NCBI GenBank assembly: GCA_048882325.1 | Contig: JBHLRS010000012.1 | Span: 31,704 to 95,703 of the forward strand | Source: Candidatus Thorarchaeota archaeon | GTDB lineage: Archaea > Asgardarchaeota > Thorarchaeia > Thorarchaeales > Thorarchaeaceae | Direction of reading: 5' to 3' | DNA: 64,000 bases | Part shown: positions 38,588 to 48,159 of the stretch, piece by piece | Position numbering within the stretch: position 1 is the stretch's first letter | How the letters are laid out: each line of letters starts with the position of its first letter | Notes under the pieces: model-generated | Seen by the model: only the letters and a program-made list of their open reading frames with translations | Told to the model about the DNA's origin: nothing | The model's database searches: none | Made by a program: the position numbers and the translations under genes

Positions 38588-39826
38588 ATGTATCTGGACA
38601 TGAAGCTGCGAGGGGTTTCTAAGTTTGCAATAGTCATTCTTGTAGCGTATGTACTTCTTCTTGGTGTTCCTGCAGAAGCTCAGAATGATCATCCAGTGCT
38701 AGTCTGGCCAACTGAAGAATGGACAACATCGACCCCGGAGGAACAGGGCATGAGTTCTACAGCTCTTGCAGATGTCTACGACCATGTACGAACCTCAGGT
38801 GCAGATATTCGAAGTCTTGTGGTTGTGCGTCATGGAGTTATTGTAGCAGAGGAGTACTTCACACCACAGCTCTACGATGTAGATAACACGCACATTCTGT
38901 TCTCAGTAACGAAGAGCGTTGTTTCATGTCTGATTGGTATTGCAATTGACCATGGTTTCATTGACAACACAAGTCAGCTGCTACTAGACTTCTTCCCGGA
39001 CCGAACAGTAGCTAACATGAGTTCGTGGAAGGAGAACATCACGTTGGAAGACGTTTTGATGATGAGGTCCGGATTTCAGTGGGATGAGGACAATTATGAA
39101 ACCTATAACGACTTCTTCGCAATGAGAGATTCAGATGACTGGGCACAGTATGTTCTTGACCGACCAATGGCTTACGAACCTGGGACAACCTTCTACTACA
39201 ATAGCGGCAACTCACATCTCTTAGCTACAATAATCAATGTGACAACAGCTATGACACCATTAGCCTTTGCGGATGAATACCTCTTCGGTCCACTTGGAAT
39301 CACACACAGAGCTTGGTCTACAGACCCGAATGGAATCAATTTTGGAGGCTCAAATCTAGCACTCACACCCCGTGACATGGCAAAATTCGGACTTCTATAT
39401 ATCAACAACGGCACTTGGGATGACCAACAGATCGTATCGGCAGGCTGGGTGTACAACTCAAGCCATGGTCCACCAACACCGTACACACAGGTCAGCTATG
39501 GGTATCAGTGGTGGATTGATGACTACCGTGATTGGTATTCAGCAAGAGGTTACAATGGTCAATTCATCTTTGTCATAGAAGAACATGACATTGTGGTTGT
39601 CTTCTCATCAGACAATGAGGACGGACCATACGAGTATGACTGGCTTGTCGGAAATGGAATACTTGGAGCTGTAACCAACGAGTATGCTATTCCTACTCCA
39701 ACAACTAGTACATCGCCAACTTCAACACCGCCACCAGGTCTTCTGGCAGCTATTCCATACATCCTTGTTGGAGTGACAGGTACTGCAATTGTGGCTATCG
39801 TTGTTTTGTACACTAGAAGGAAGTAA
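38588..39826 (+). CDS. Secreted/membrane-anchored serine hydrolase (class C beta-lactamase-like)
   Basis: Signal peptide, FSVTKS (SxxK), YYNSGN, YGYQWW, ARG..GQ, Pro/Thr linker, C-terminal TM plus RRK. Confidence 0.9.
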   Translation: MYLDMKLRGVSKFAIVILVAYVLLLGVPAEAQNDHPVLVWPTEEWTTSTPEEQGMSSTALADVYDHVRTSGADIRSLVVVRHGVIVAEEYFTPQLYDVDNTHILFSVTKSVVSCLIGIAIDHGFIDNTSQLLLDFFPDRTVANMSSWKENITLEDVLMMRSGFQWDEDNYETYNDFFAMRDSDDWAQYVLDRPMAYEPGTTFYYNSGNSHLLATIINVTTAMTPLAFADEYLFGPLGITHRAWSTDPNGINFGGSNLALTPRDMAKFGLLYINNGTWDDQQIVSAGWVYNSSHGPPTPYTQVSYGYQWWIDDYRDWYSARGYNGQFIFVIEEHDIVVVFSSDNEDGPYEYDWLVGNGILGAVTNEYAIPTPTTSTSPTSTPPPGLLAAIPYILVGVTGTAIVAIVVLYTRRK

Positions 39827-39888
39827 ACGATTCGCTCTCTCCAAAAGAACATAAGACGGGTACGCACTGTGAAGTGTAGTTGATTACA

Positions 39889-41202
39889 ATGGAGAAACTT
39901 CCACTCGATGCACTACCTGATGCATTACCTGATGCGATTGATGAGGACAGGTATGTCATCTGTACTTATTATGTTGGACTCCCACCCTTCATGGATGCAA
40001 GGGAGTTGGCTCATGCTGCTGCCGTTGAGCAGAGTACTGGAACTTGGACATTGGTTCCTGGAGAGACACCTGCTGTCCGTAGGCGACATGTTGCCAAGGT
40101 CATAGGTGTCTATGAGGTACCACAGTATGAGTATAGTTATCCCAAGGACCTCGAGAGAAGACAGTACATTATGCAGGTCGCTTATCCTTGGGAGAACTTT
40201 GGTCAACAGATCCCTATGCTACTAAGCACTGTTATTGGAAACATTTCGCTTTACGGGAGAATCAAGTGTCTTGACATGAAGTTTCCCAAGAGCTGGCTTA
40301 AAGGATTCAAAGGTCCTAAGTTTGGTATGAAGGGACTCAGGAAATTGTTGAAAATTAAGAAGAGACCAATTCTGAACAATATGGTAAAACCCTGTGTCTA
40401 TACCTCCTGTGACATGGGAGCAGACCTTGCCTATGAGGCTGCTGTGGGAGGTGCAGACATCATCAAGGATGATGAGCTCCTAGCAAATCCAGACTTCAAT
40501 ACGCTGGAAGACAGGATTCCGAGATTCATGGAAGCGCTTGACCGGGCAGACTCAGAGAAAGGAGAGAAGACCATCTACACAGTAAACATCACAGACAGGT
40601 TGCCACGAATGTTTGAGAATGCAGAGAAAGCTATCGAGTTAGGAGCAAATGGTCTGATGATCAATTTCTTGGCTGTTGGTTACTCAGCATTCCGCCATGT
40701 GAGCGAGAATCTTGCACCCAAGGTGCCACTCTTAGCACATATGGACGTCACGGGAGCAATGTCATACTCGCCCATTGTAGGGATATCGACCAACATTGTC
40801 ATAGGAAAGCTCCCAAGAATCTGTGGGTCGGACATCACCGTCTTTCCTGCACCATATGGAAAGGCACCAGTACTGAGAGAACGATTCCTGAATGTCGCAC
40901 ATGACATGGTGATGCCTCTACACAACATAGGACAGACAGCCCCAATGCCGAGTGGTGGAATCAGTCAAGGTCATGTGGAGGAGGTCATGGATGACTTAGG
41001 ACCAGACATTGTGATTGGTACTGGGGCAGGCATCCACGCACATCCAAACGGACCACGAGCTGGTGCCATTGCATTCAGACAGGCAATCGATGCAAAGATG
41101 CAGGGCATTCCTGTGAGTAAATATGCGAAAGAAGAGGGTCACGAAGAGCTGAAGGTTGCCATGGAGGCGTGGGGTTCGGGAAAGACTGGCGCAGACCTCT
41201 AG
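39889..41202 (+). CDS. RuBisCO-like protein (form IV)
   Basis: EQSTGTW, GPKFG, KP, GGADIIKDDE, PSGG, G.GIHAHP; lacks the carboxylase residues equivalent to K177, R295 and H327. Confidence 0.92.
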   Translation: MEKLPLDALPDALPDAIDEDRYVICTYYVGLPPFMDARELAHAAAVEQSTGTWTLVPGETPAVRRRHVAKVIGVYEVPQYEYSYPKDLERRQYIMQVAYPWENFGQQIPMLLSTVIGNISLYGRIKCLDMKFPKSWLKGFKGPKFGMKGLRKLLKIKKRPILNNMVKPCVYTSCDMGADLAYEAAVGGADIIKDDELLANPDFNTLEDRIPRFMEALDRADSEKGEKTIYTVNITDRLPRMFENAEKAIELGANGLMINFLAVGYSAFRHVSENLAPKVPLLAHMDVTGAMSYSPIVGISTNIVIGKLPRICGSDITVFPAPYGKAPVLRERFLNVAHDMVMPLHNIGQTAPMPSGGISQGHVEEVMDDLGPDIVIGTGAGIHAHPNGPRAGAIAFRQAIDAKMQGIPVSKYAKEEGHEELKVAMEAWGSGKTGADL

Positions 41203-41221
41203 TTGCGATGGTGAATCTACA

Positions 41222-42265
41222 ATGGTTGACTTCTCAGAACCTATTGAGTTTGCAAGTCTTGAGGTGAAGAACCGATTCGTGATGCCGCCGATGGTACGAA
41301 ACCTTGCCACAGAAGAGGGATTTGTCACAGACGCTGTCGTACAGCACTATGAGGAGTGTAGCAAGGGGCAGGTGGGTCTTATCATAGTGGAAGCAGCTGC
41401 TATAGCTTGGGAACATCGTATTGGTATGAAGAACATTGGAATTCATGATGATAAGATGATTCCCGGACTTAGAAAGCTGGCAAGGGAAATAAAAGCGCAC
41501 GGAGCACGAGCTTTCATCCAGATCAATCATTCGGGGTCGAAAACACACTTCAAAACAAGATTTGTAGGGCCATCCGACATCCCGGTTGTGAAACATAAGA
41601 TTCCTGAACCACTCTCTAAAGATGAGATTCTGGAAATCCCACAGATGTTTGCAGAAGCAGCTAGGAGAGCTATGGAGGCAGGATTTGATGGTGTGGAAAT
41701 TCATGGTGCACATTACTACCTCTTGAGTGCGTTTCTGTCAGGCTATACCAACAGACGAAATGATCAATATGGAGGCTCAACAGAGAACAAGGCAAGGTTG
41801 TCTGTAGAGGTCATCAAGAGAATACGCGAGGAGCTAGGTGACTATCCACTAATCTTCAGAATGAATGGATTCGAGAACGTAGTCGATGGTATTTCAATGG
41901 AAGAGGGTATTAAGATTGCTAAGATCGTTGAACAGGCAGGGATCGATGTTCTTCACGTCTCATGTGTCGTGGATGCAACCTATAATCCAGGAATTCCTCA
42001 TGTGTTCAACAAGGAAACGCAACCAGAATTTCTCAAGGACTATCCCTATGATTCATGTATCCCAATTGCTGGAAAGATTAAGCCACACATGAAGATACCC
42101 GTGATAGGGGTAGGAGAAGTCCGAGATGAGAGTCTTGTGAGGAAGGTCATGGAAGACGACATGTGTGACATGCTAGGAATTGGGAGGGGACTGTTGGCTG
42201 ATCCCTACTTTGTTCAGAAAATTCTGGAAGGTCGAGGGAATGAAATCATTCCATGGAAAGACTGA
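41222..42265 (+). CDS. NADH:flavin oxidoreductase (Old Yellow Enzyme family)
   Basis: KNRFVMPPM, QINHSG, GFDGVEIHGAHYYLL, N.R.D.YGGS.EN, GRGLLADP; ATG 41222. Confidence 0.93.
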   Translation: MVDFSEPIEFASLEVKNRFVMPPMVRNLATEEGFVTDAVVQHYEECSKGQVGLIIVEAAAIAWEHRIGMKNIGIHDDKMIPGLRKLAREIKAHGARAFIQINHSGSKTHFKTRFVGPSDIPVVKHKIPEPLSKDEILEIPQMFAEAARRAMEAGFDGVEIHGAHYYLLSAFLSGYTNRRNDQYGGSTENKARLSVEVIKRIREELGDYPLIFRMNGFENVVDGISMEEGIKIAKIVEQAGIDVLHVSCVVDATYNPGIPHVFNKETQPEFLKDYPYDSCIPIAGKIKPHMKIPVIGVGEVRDESLVRKVMEDDMCDMLGIGRGLLADPYFVQKILEGRGNEIIPWKD

Positions 42266-42281
42266 TACAAGTCTGTTCTGA

Positions 42282-43283
42282 GTGATGACTATGAGTTGGG
42301 AGGACTTCATCAGCCAAGAAACTATAGAGTGGCTTCTTGGTCCAGAGAGCCCAAGTGTTAGGTTCTGGGCACTTCAGCAGCTTGAGGATAGACCAATTGG
42401 TGATACAGAAGTGATAGAAACTCAAGATGTTGTCATGGCCACGGCCTGTGTGAAAGCAATTCTGAAGGCTCAGAAAAGTGAGGGTCATTGGGAAAGATAC
42501 GAGAACATGTATGAGCCAAAGTATCGAGCCACGACACACAACTTACTTCTGCTTGCTGAACTTGGTGTCAAAAGAATTCCAGAGGTTGAGCGAGCGATTG
42601 AGTTCCTATTTCTGTTCCAGCGAAACTCAGGTCATTTCTTAATCGAGATGCCTAAGACAGAGAAAGGTCGAGATAGCGTTGTGAAGGATGCGTGTTGTCT
42701 GGATGGCAACATACTGTACTATCTCATTCATTTTGGATATCTTGCTGATGAAAGAACAGAGAAGCTTCTTGATTTCCAAGTCGAGTATCATTCAGATGAT
42801 GTTGGTGGGTGGAAGTGCAGAGCATTTCCCATTGACAAGAGTAAGGTTTTCCCAGAGAACTGCTTTATGGGCGCAGTGAAGGTGCTTCGCGCATTGGCTA
42901 GAATTCCAGAAAATCAGAGGTCTGCAGATCTAGACCGAATCATCAAACAAGAAGTCGAGATAATTCTTGAAAATGGAGTTTTCCGATATTTACGAAATCC
43001 TGATGGAAGCAGAAAGGAGAAGGCTGGATGGAAACGGTTTGGCTTTCCTCTATTCTATCAGTCAGATGCTCTAGAGGTACTCGATACACTAACTGAACTG
43101 GGCATCAAGGATAAGAGAATGAAGGATGCAATTGACCTAGTCATAATCAGTCAGAAGGATAGTCGGTGGCTTCTGAAGAACACATACAATGGGAAAATGC
43201 TCTGTGAGATTGATGAGAAACATAAGCCATCGAAATGGGTGACGCTCCGGGCTGCTCGAGTTTTGAAGCGTTATTTCAGTTGA
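42282..43283 (+). CDS. Alpha/alpha-toroid (prenyltransferase/squalene-cyclase-like) protein of unknown function
   Basis: WLL....P.VR, QW-like motifs Q...G.W and Q..SG.F, FGFP.FY.SD.LE, PSKWVT. Confidence 0.7.
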   Translation: MMTMSWEDFISQETIEWLLGPESPSVRFWALQQLEDRPIGDTEVIETQDVVMATACVKAILKAQKSEGHWERYENMYEPKYRATTHNLLLLAELGVKRIPEVERAIEFLFLFQRNSGHFLIEMPKTEKGRDSVVKDACCLDGNILYYLIHFGYLADERTEKLLDFQVEYHSDDVGGWKCRAFPIDKSKVFPENCFMGAVKVLRALARIPENQRSADLDRIIKQEVEIILENGVFRYLRNPDGSRKEKAGWKRFGFPLFYQSDALEVLDTLTELGIKDKRMKDAIDLVIISQKDSRWLLKNTYNGKMLCEIDEKHKPSKWVTLRAARVLKRYFS

Positions 43284-43287
43284 TGAA

Positions 43288-43797
43288 CTAACGCCGGTTC
43301 TCAGGAATTGTCACTTTGTATCCAGCGCTGGTGTGGTCTCCTCGCAGCTCCATCAGGCCAAATCCAAGACCATAGCAGAAAACAGTGGGTTCTGGGGTTA
43401 CCTTGACGTAAGCGTACTCGATTCCTATTTCATCAGCATCGGTCTGAAGATTCATCCGTCCGATTCTTGTCTGACTCATCGCCCAGTAACCGTCTGAATC
43501 ATCTCCCGGAAGAATCTCAGCTGTGCCTCTAAACATAACATAGCTAGCTGGGGCAAATCGAATCCAATAGTGCGGGAAGGTCACAACTAGCGAAACATTG
43601 GGGTTTCTCCGTATGTTTCTGGCCTTTGCATAGTTTGCTCCTACAATGCTATAAAGTGCGAAGGGTTTCTCAGGATGACCAACCGCATAGATGAGTCCTG
43701 TACTATGTGGTCGCCCTTTTTTGTCAATCGTAGTCAGAACTCCGAAGGTCTTTTTTCTCACCTGTTTTTCTACAAATTCAAATGTGAACCTGGTCAT
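43288..43797 (-). CDS. Pyridoxamine-5'-phosphate-oxidase-like split-barrel flavin/F420-binding protein
   Basis: L.TID..G.PH, K.RNI..NP.VSL, RG.AE. Confidence 0.82.
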   Translation of the reverse strand: MTRFTFEFVEKQVRKKTFGVLTTIDKKGRPHSTGLIYAVGHPEKPFALYSIVGANYAKARNIRRNPNVSLVVTFPHYWIRFAPASYVMFRGTAEILPGDDSDGYWAMSQTRIGRMNLQTDADEIGIEYAYVKVTPEPTVFCYGLGFGLMELRGDHTSAGYKVTIPENRR

Positions 43798-43818
43798 ACT
43801 CTCTTCTCCAATAGTGGA

Positions 43819-45408
43819 CTACTCGTTCAGTCTCTTGTTCATCCCTTTGTTGTTCTTGTAAATGTTGAGAAACTCCTTGAAGAGTTTGTCATAAAGTTCC
43901 CTATTATCCGGATTTGGTTCAAATGTGTTGGAATACCGAATGAGGTTGGGGATGTCATCAAATGTACAAAAACCGAGACCAGATGCGGCAATGAAAGCAG
44001 CACCCCGAGCATTTGCCATTATTGGGTCTTTCACCTGTCTGATGGTTCTATTGAGAACATCAGCAAATATCTGACACCAGATGTCAGACTGGCCACCGCC
44101 ACCAATGATATTCACAGGATTCATTTTCCGCTTGATGAACTTCTCAACTAGTTCGAACAACCAACGAGTATTGAAAGCCACTCCCTCAAAGACAGATCGT
44201 ACAATGTCCTCCTTATTCACGTGAAGTGACATATTATGGAATCCACCCCTGAGAGTATGGTCCTCTACAGGTGTTCTTTCACCATAAAGCCAAGGTGTAA
44301 AAATCAGACCATTACTACCAGGTGGAGATTTTGTCACGATGTCATCGAACTCTTGATAGACAGCAGGATCTCCCTTTCGAGATTCGTCATCAGAATAGAA
44401 GACTTTGTCACGTAGAAATGTAAGGCAGGCACCTGCACTCTCCTGTTCGTTAGCAACGAAGTATCTCCCAGGAATTGGTGAGGGGACAGCTGCCATGTTC
44501 GAGTTGATGTCTGTCTTTTTGAATGGAACGTGACATGTCACCCAGTCACTAGTTCCGATATAGATATGACCTTCGAAATCACGCACCGCGCCAGAGCCAA
44601 TAATCGCAGATTGAAGATCGGGAGACCCCACAACAACTTGCGTGTTCTCACGTATGCCTAGTTCAATAGCAATCTCAGGTTTTACGGGACCCAGTATATC
44701 GATGGAGCTCCTCAGTGTAGGGAGCTTCTCCTCAGCTATACCTACTTTCTTGATGAGACCCTTGTTGTAGTGAACATTATTGATGTCACGAATGTCTGTG
44801 ACCCAGTGGAGCATGATCGAGTCGAATGAAGCTGCAAACTCGCCAGTAAGTCGCAAGTTCATGTAGTCTTTAGGCTCGAGGAATTTGTACGTGGATTGAT
44901 AGATGTCCGGATGCTCATTCTTTAGCCAGAGAATATGAGCTGCAGGATCCTTTCCAGCTTTTGCAGGAAGGCCCCCAGTGCTTCGCAACCAACGAGCAAT
45001 ATTTAGAATGCCATAACCCGAGATGTTGATGATACCTTCATTCACCTTCCGGATATATGGTTCACCACGTGAATCCATCCATATGATTGCATTGTACAAA
45101 TGGTTTCCATTCTCATCAACTGCTACAGTTCCAGACCATTGGCTTGACACACAGATAGCAACAATATCATCTACTGGCTTGATGTTCCGTGATAGAAGTC
45201 GTTTCGTGGCAGTGATGAATGCAGTCCACCACTCATCTGGATTTTGCTCAGCACCACCTCCCTCAAACAGGTACAGAGGGGTTTCTTCAAACTCGAACCC
45301 AAGAATCTCTCCGCAGGTGTCAGTCAGTGCAACCTTCATGCCAGAGGTTCCGTGGTCAACTGCTATAACATACTTGGTTTCTCTCTCTGCGGTCATATCT
45401 AAACCCAC
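43819..45408 (-). CDS. FGGY-family kinase (xylulokinase-like)
   Basis: AVDHGTSGMK, EQNP..WW, W.D.R, GERTP, EGVAF, GGG.QS..W.QI.ADV. Confidence 0.92.
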   Translation of the reverse strand: MGLDMTAERETKYVIAVDHGTSGMKVALTDTCGEILGFEFEETPLYLFEGGGAEQNPDEWWTAFITATKRLLSRNIKPVDDIVAICVSSQWSGTVAVDENGNHLYNAIIWMDSRGEPYIRKVNEGIINISGYGILNIARWLRSTGGLPAKAGKDPAAHILWLKNEHPDIYQSTYKFLEPKDYMNLRLTGEFAASFDSIMLHWVTDIRDINNVHYNKGLIKKVGIAEEKLPTLRSSIDILGPVKPEIAIELGIRENTQVVVGSPDLQSAIIGSGAVRDFEGHIYIGTSDWVTCHVPFKKTDINSNMAAVPSPIPGRYFVANEQESAGACLTFLRDKVFYSDDESRKGDPAVYQEFDDIVTKSPPGSNGLIFTPWLYGERTPVEDHTLRGGFHNMSLHVNKEDIVRSVFEGVAFNTRWLFELVEKFIKRKMNPVNIIGGGGQSDIWCQIFADVLNRTIRQVKDPIMANARGAAFIAASGLGFCTFDDIPNLIRYSNTFEPNPDNRELYDKLFKEFLNIYKNNKGMNKRLNE

Positions 45409-45444
45409 TTTTACTCAGAATCAAACCGCCATATATAGAATGGC

Positions 45445-46659
45445 TCACATCTCTACTCTCTCAACATTGCCATCTTTGTCAATAGATTCAATGATCAACG
45501 GAGACCCCTTTCCGGTCATTCCTTCAAGCTCGAGATGGACCTGCATGAGGCTAAGAAAATCAAGTGGCTTAACGCATCCTTCTGGTGGAAGTACTCCTTT
45601 CTCTGTTATTTTACCACGATTCATTAGAATCGCTCCAAATGCCGCAGGAATGCCTGTGCCCTCACCCATTGACTGACCGATTGAGGACATCTGAAAGTTG
45701 TACTGACGAAACTCGTTGTCTTCAATGCCTTTGATCCTGATCTTTAAGCAACCTCGCTGGACACCGAAGTTAGTTTCCTGAAGAATTCGTTCTCTCTCTG
45801 TTATGATATATGATATGGCAAAGTCGCGGGGTGCCACCAGTGTTCCGCCAACACCAATTGGATTCTCACTGATCATTCCAGCTCTGACAACATCCTGTGT
45901 AAGTTGGTAGTATTCTGGAGGAAGGACACATCCAAGATTGGTCACTCTTTTGCATTTGATGTGTTTTGGCAACGTTATGGTTTCTGGGTGAGGATAGGGG
46001 TAACAGGTGTATGTTCCGATCTGGTGGAAGTCAACCTCCTCACGAAGCTTGATGCCGCTTTCCTCAAAGTAATCAACAGTTGTATACTCACCGTTCAGAA
46101 ACATGGGAATCGGAGATACCATACTATGAATTCGATGCGCCACAACTGCAGGACCCTCTGAAGGTTCACCCCCATGGGCATGGAGAATATCGATGGACTC
46201 TACTTCATCCAACATATGAATGTCACAGAATTTTGCAAGTAGGTTAGCTACTCCAGGTGAACTTCCCATGCCAATCAAAGCAGAGATGCCTGCTTTGTTT
46301 GCTTTATCGTTCATCTCAAGAAGGATCCGAGTAGCATCAAGATCGTCGCAGACATCCACGTAGTCAATCTTGGTTTCAATCACTGATTTCAGTACTTTTG
46401 GCCCCAGTCTGTAGAAGGGACCAGAACAATTGAGAACAAGATCGACATCCTTGATTGCGTCTTTAATCTGTTTGGAGTCGGACAAATCAATGATTTGTGC
46501 TGATACCCGAGGGTCGTCAATCTCCTCGACATATTCAGTTGCTTTTTCTCTATTGATATCGCCAATAACAATCTCGTCAAAGTCCTTGGTTGCAACCAAT
46601 GCCTTAACAGCTTGGATGCCAACAATACCACAACCTCCTAGAACAATGATTCGAGACAT
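45445..46659 (-). CDS. Saccharopine dehydrogenase-like NAD(P) oxidoreductase
   Basis: GGCGIVG, NCSGPFY, YVDVCDD, G.G.SPG..N, HPE.ITLP, TG.P, GV.PPE. Confidence 0.9.
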   Translation of the reverse strand: MSRIIVLGGCGIVGIQAVKALVATKDFDEIVIGDINREKATEYVEEIDDPRVSAQIIDLSDSKQIKDAIKDVDLVLNCSGPFYRLGPKVLKSVIETKIDYVDVCDDLDATRILLEMNDKANKAGISALIGMGSSPGVANLLAKFCDIHMLDEVESIDILHAHGGEPSEGPAVVAHRIHSMVSPIPMFLNGEYTTVDYFEESGIKLREEVDFHQIGTYTCYPYPHPETITLPKHIKCKRVTNLGCVLPPEYYQLTQDVVRAGMISENPIGVGGTLVAPRDFAISYIITERERILQETNFGVQRGCLKIRIKGIEDNEFRQYNFQMSSIGQSMGEGTGIPAAFGAILMNRGKITEKGVLPPEGCVKPLDFLSLMQVHLELEGMTGKGSPLIIESIDKDGNVERVEM

Positions 46660-46695
46660 ATCTTCTCGACAGGATTCCCGGTATTTAGTTACTTA

Positions 46696-47301
46696 CTATA
46701 CAAGCCAAATGAGAGAACTGAAGTGTGTATCATTTGATGTGCTGGTTGGAATCGGTCTGTCAGACAATAAAAAATCTGGATGCACTCTATCTTTCGAATC
46801 AAATTCAACACCCTCCATCTCAAGAAGTGCACGTTTCATCTCGAGCCCACCCTGAAAACCTCCAAGAGTTCGATCAGAGCGTATTGCACGGTGACAAGGA
46901 ACCACCAGTGGAAAAGGATTCCGGGCTAAACTACCACCCACGGCTCTTACGCCCTGTGTGTCAATCTTGCGAGCAATCCAACCATAGCTTGCAGTCATCC
47001 CCCGGGGTATGGTCCTATCAGTCACAAGGACTTTGAGCTGGAAGGGAGGACACACAGAAGTGTCAAGCAGGTCCATCGAGAATTCCAATTCTTCACCTTT
47101 TAGGTATCGAATTAAATCCTCTATCAATCCTTGAACTTTCGGTGAGTGCGCTTCTCTGCTACCAGGAAATAATCCTTGGATTCGTGAATCAGTCTCTTCC
47201 TTTGTGCGGGGCAGGAGAATATGGACTATCCTACCATCTTCCACACTTCTGTATACAATTCCAAAGGTGCCGAATGCTGTGTCAAATAGTGAATAGAACA
47301 T
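46696..47301 (-). CDS. ogt: Methylated-DNA-protein-cysteine methyltransferase
   Basis: IP.G...SYG, RAVG....NP.P..VPCHR, K..LL..EG. Confidence 0.93.
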   Translation of the reverse strand: MFYSLFDTAFGTFGIVYRSVEDGRIVHILLPRTKEETDSRIQGLFPGSREAHSPKVQGLIEDLIRYLKGEELEFSMDLLDTSVCPPFQLKVLVTDRTIPRGMTASYGWIARKIDTQGVRAVGGSLARNPFPLVVPCHRAIRSDRTLGGFQGGLEMKRALLEMEGVEFDSKDRVHPDFLLSDRPIPTSTSNDTHFSSLIWLV

Positions 47302-47410
47302 GAACAATACAAACCACATTCCTCTAGTAAAGGGGGTCTCTCGGAATTATTGAGTGGATGTAGATACATCAACAGATATTTGACTGCGAGCTTGCGGGCA
47401 GTCTTGTCTG

Positions 47411-48157
47411 GTGAAAGATGAAATGACCAATAGCAAAGAGCATGACATTGCATGCATGGTTTGCGGTACTAATCTTGTCTACGACAAGAGCGAGAGAGAA
47501 CAGTCATGTGTCTATTGTGGAGAGATAGAGTCATCAGCTATCTACTGTCCGAATGGTCATTTTGTGTGTGATTCATGTCATTCAAGTGATGCAGTGGCAT
47601 TCTTAGAAAGACTAGCTGAATTTGACAGTAGCAAGGACCCAAAAGCGGTAGCAGACAAAGCAATGTCTCATCATAGCTTTAAGTTTCACGGACCTGAACA
47701 TCATGGGTTGGTCCCTGCAGCGATTCTCATAGCATTGAAGAATCGTGGAGTAACTAGACCTGACGGATCTCCAGTGACATTCGAAGTAGTCCTTGAAGGA
47801 ATCAGACGAGGAATGAAGATTCCTGGAGGTTTTTGCGGGTACGCTGGTGCATGTGGGGCTTGCATTGGAGCTGGTGTAGCAACTGCGCTCTTTGTAGGTT
47901 CAACCCCAACAAAGGGACCTGAGAGAACAGTCTCGCACAAAGCAACAACAAATGCACTCTATTTGTCTCAAGATGGACTTAGGCGTTGTTGTAAAAGAGC
48001 GACATATATCGGGTTGACTGCAGCAATGGACCTCCTGAGAAACGAGTATGATATCGATCTTGGTGAGTCTCCAAAGCACAAGTCCTGCAAGTTTTCAACA
48101 AAGAACAGGGATTGCGAGGAGAAATCTTGTCCCTATTACAAAGGAGATGCGTCATAG
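47411..48157 (+). CDS. Cys-rich metal-binding protein (DUF5714-like)
   Basis: C..C, C..C, CPNGHFVCD.CH, HGPEHH, PGG.CG..G.CGA, RCCKR, CPYY. Confidence 0.8.
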   Translation: MKDEMTNSKEHDIACMVCGTNLVYDKSEREQSCVYCGEIESSAIYCPNGHFVCDSCHSSDAVAFLERLAEFDSSKDPKAVADKAMSHHSFKFHGPEHHGLVPAAILIALKNRGVTRPDGSPVTFEVVLEGIRRGMKIPGGFCGYAGACGACIGAGVATALFVGSTPTKGPERTVSHKATTNALYLSQDGLRRCCKRATYIGLTAAMDLLRNEYDIDLGESPKHKSCKFSTKNRDCEEKSCPYYKGDAS

Positions 48158-48159
48158 AA

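Noticed and set aside
39889-41202. Bona fide CO2-fixing RuBisCO
   Set aside because: Residues equivalent to K177, R295 and H327 are missing, so it is a form IV RLP.
45023-45676. 217-aa plus-strand ORF and the many other 60-180 aa antisense ORFs
   Set aside because: These are shadow frames of well-supported genes, with Ser/Thr/Pro-rich antisense composition.
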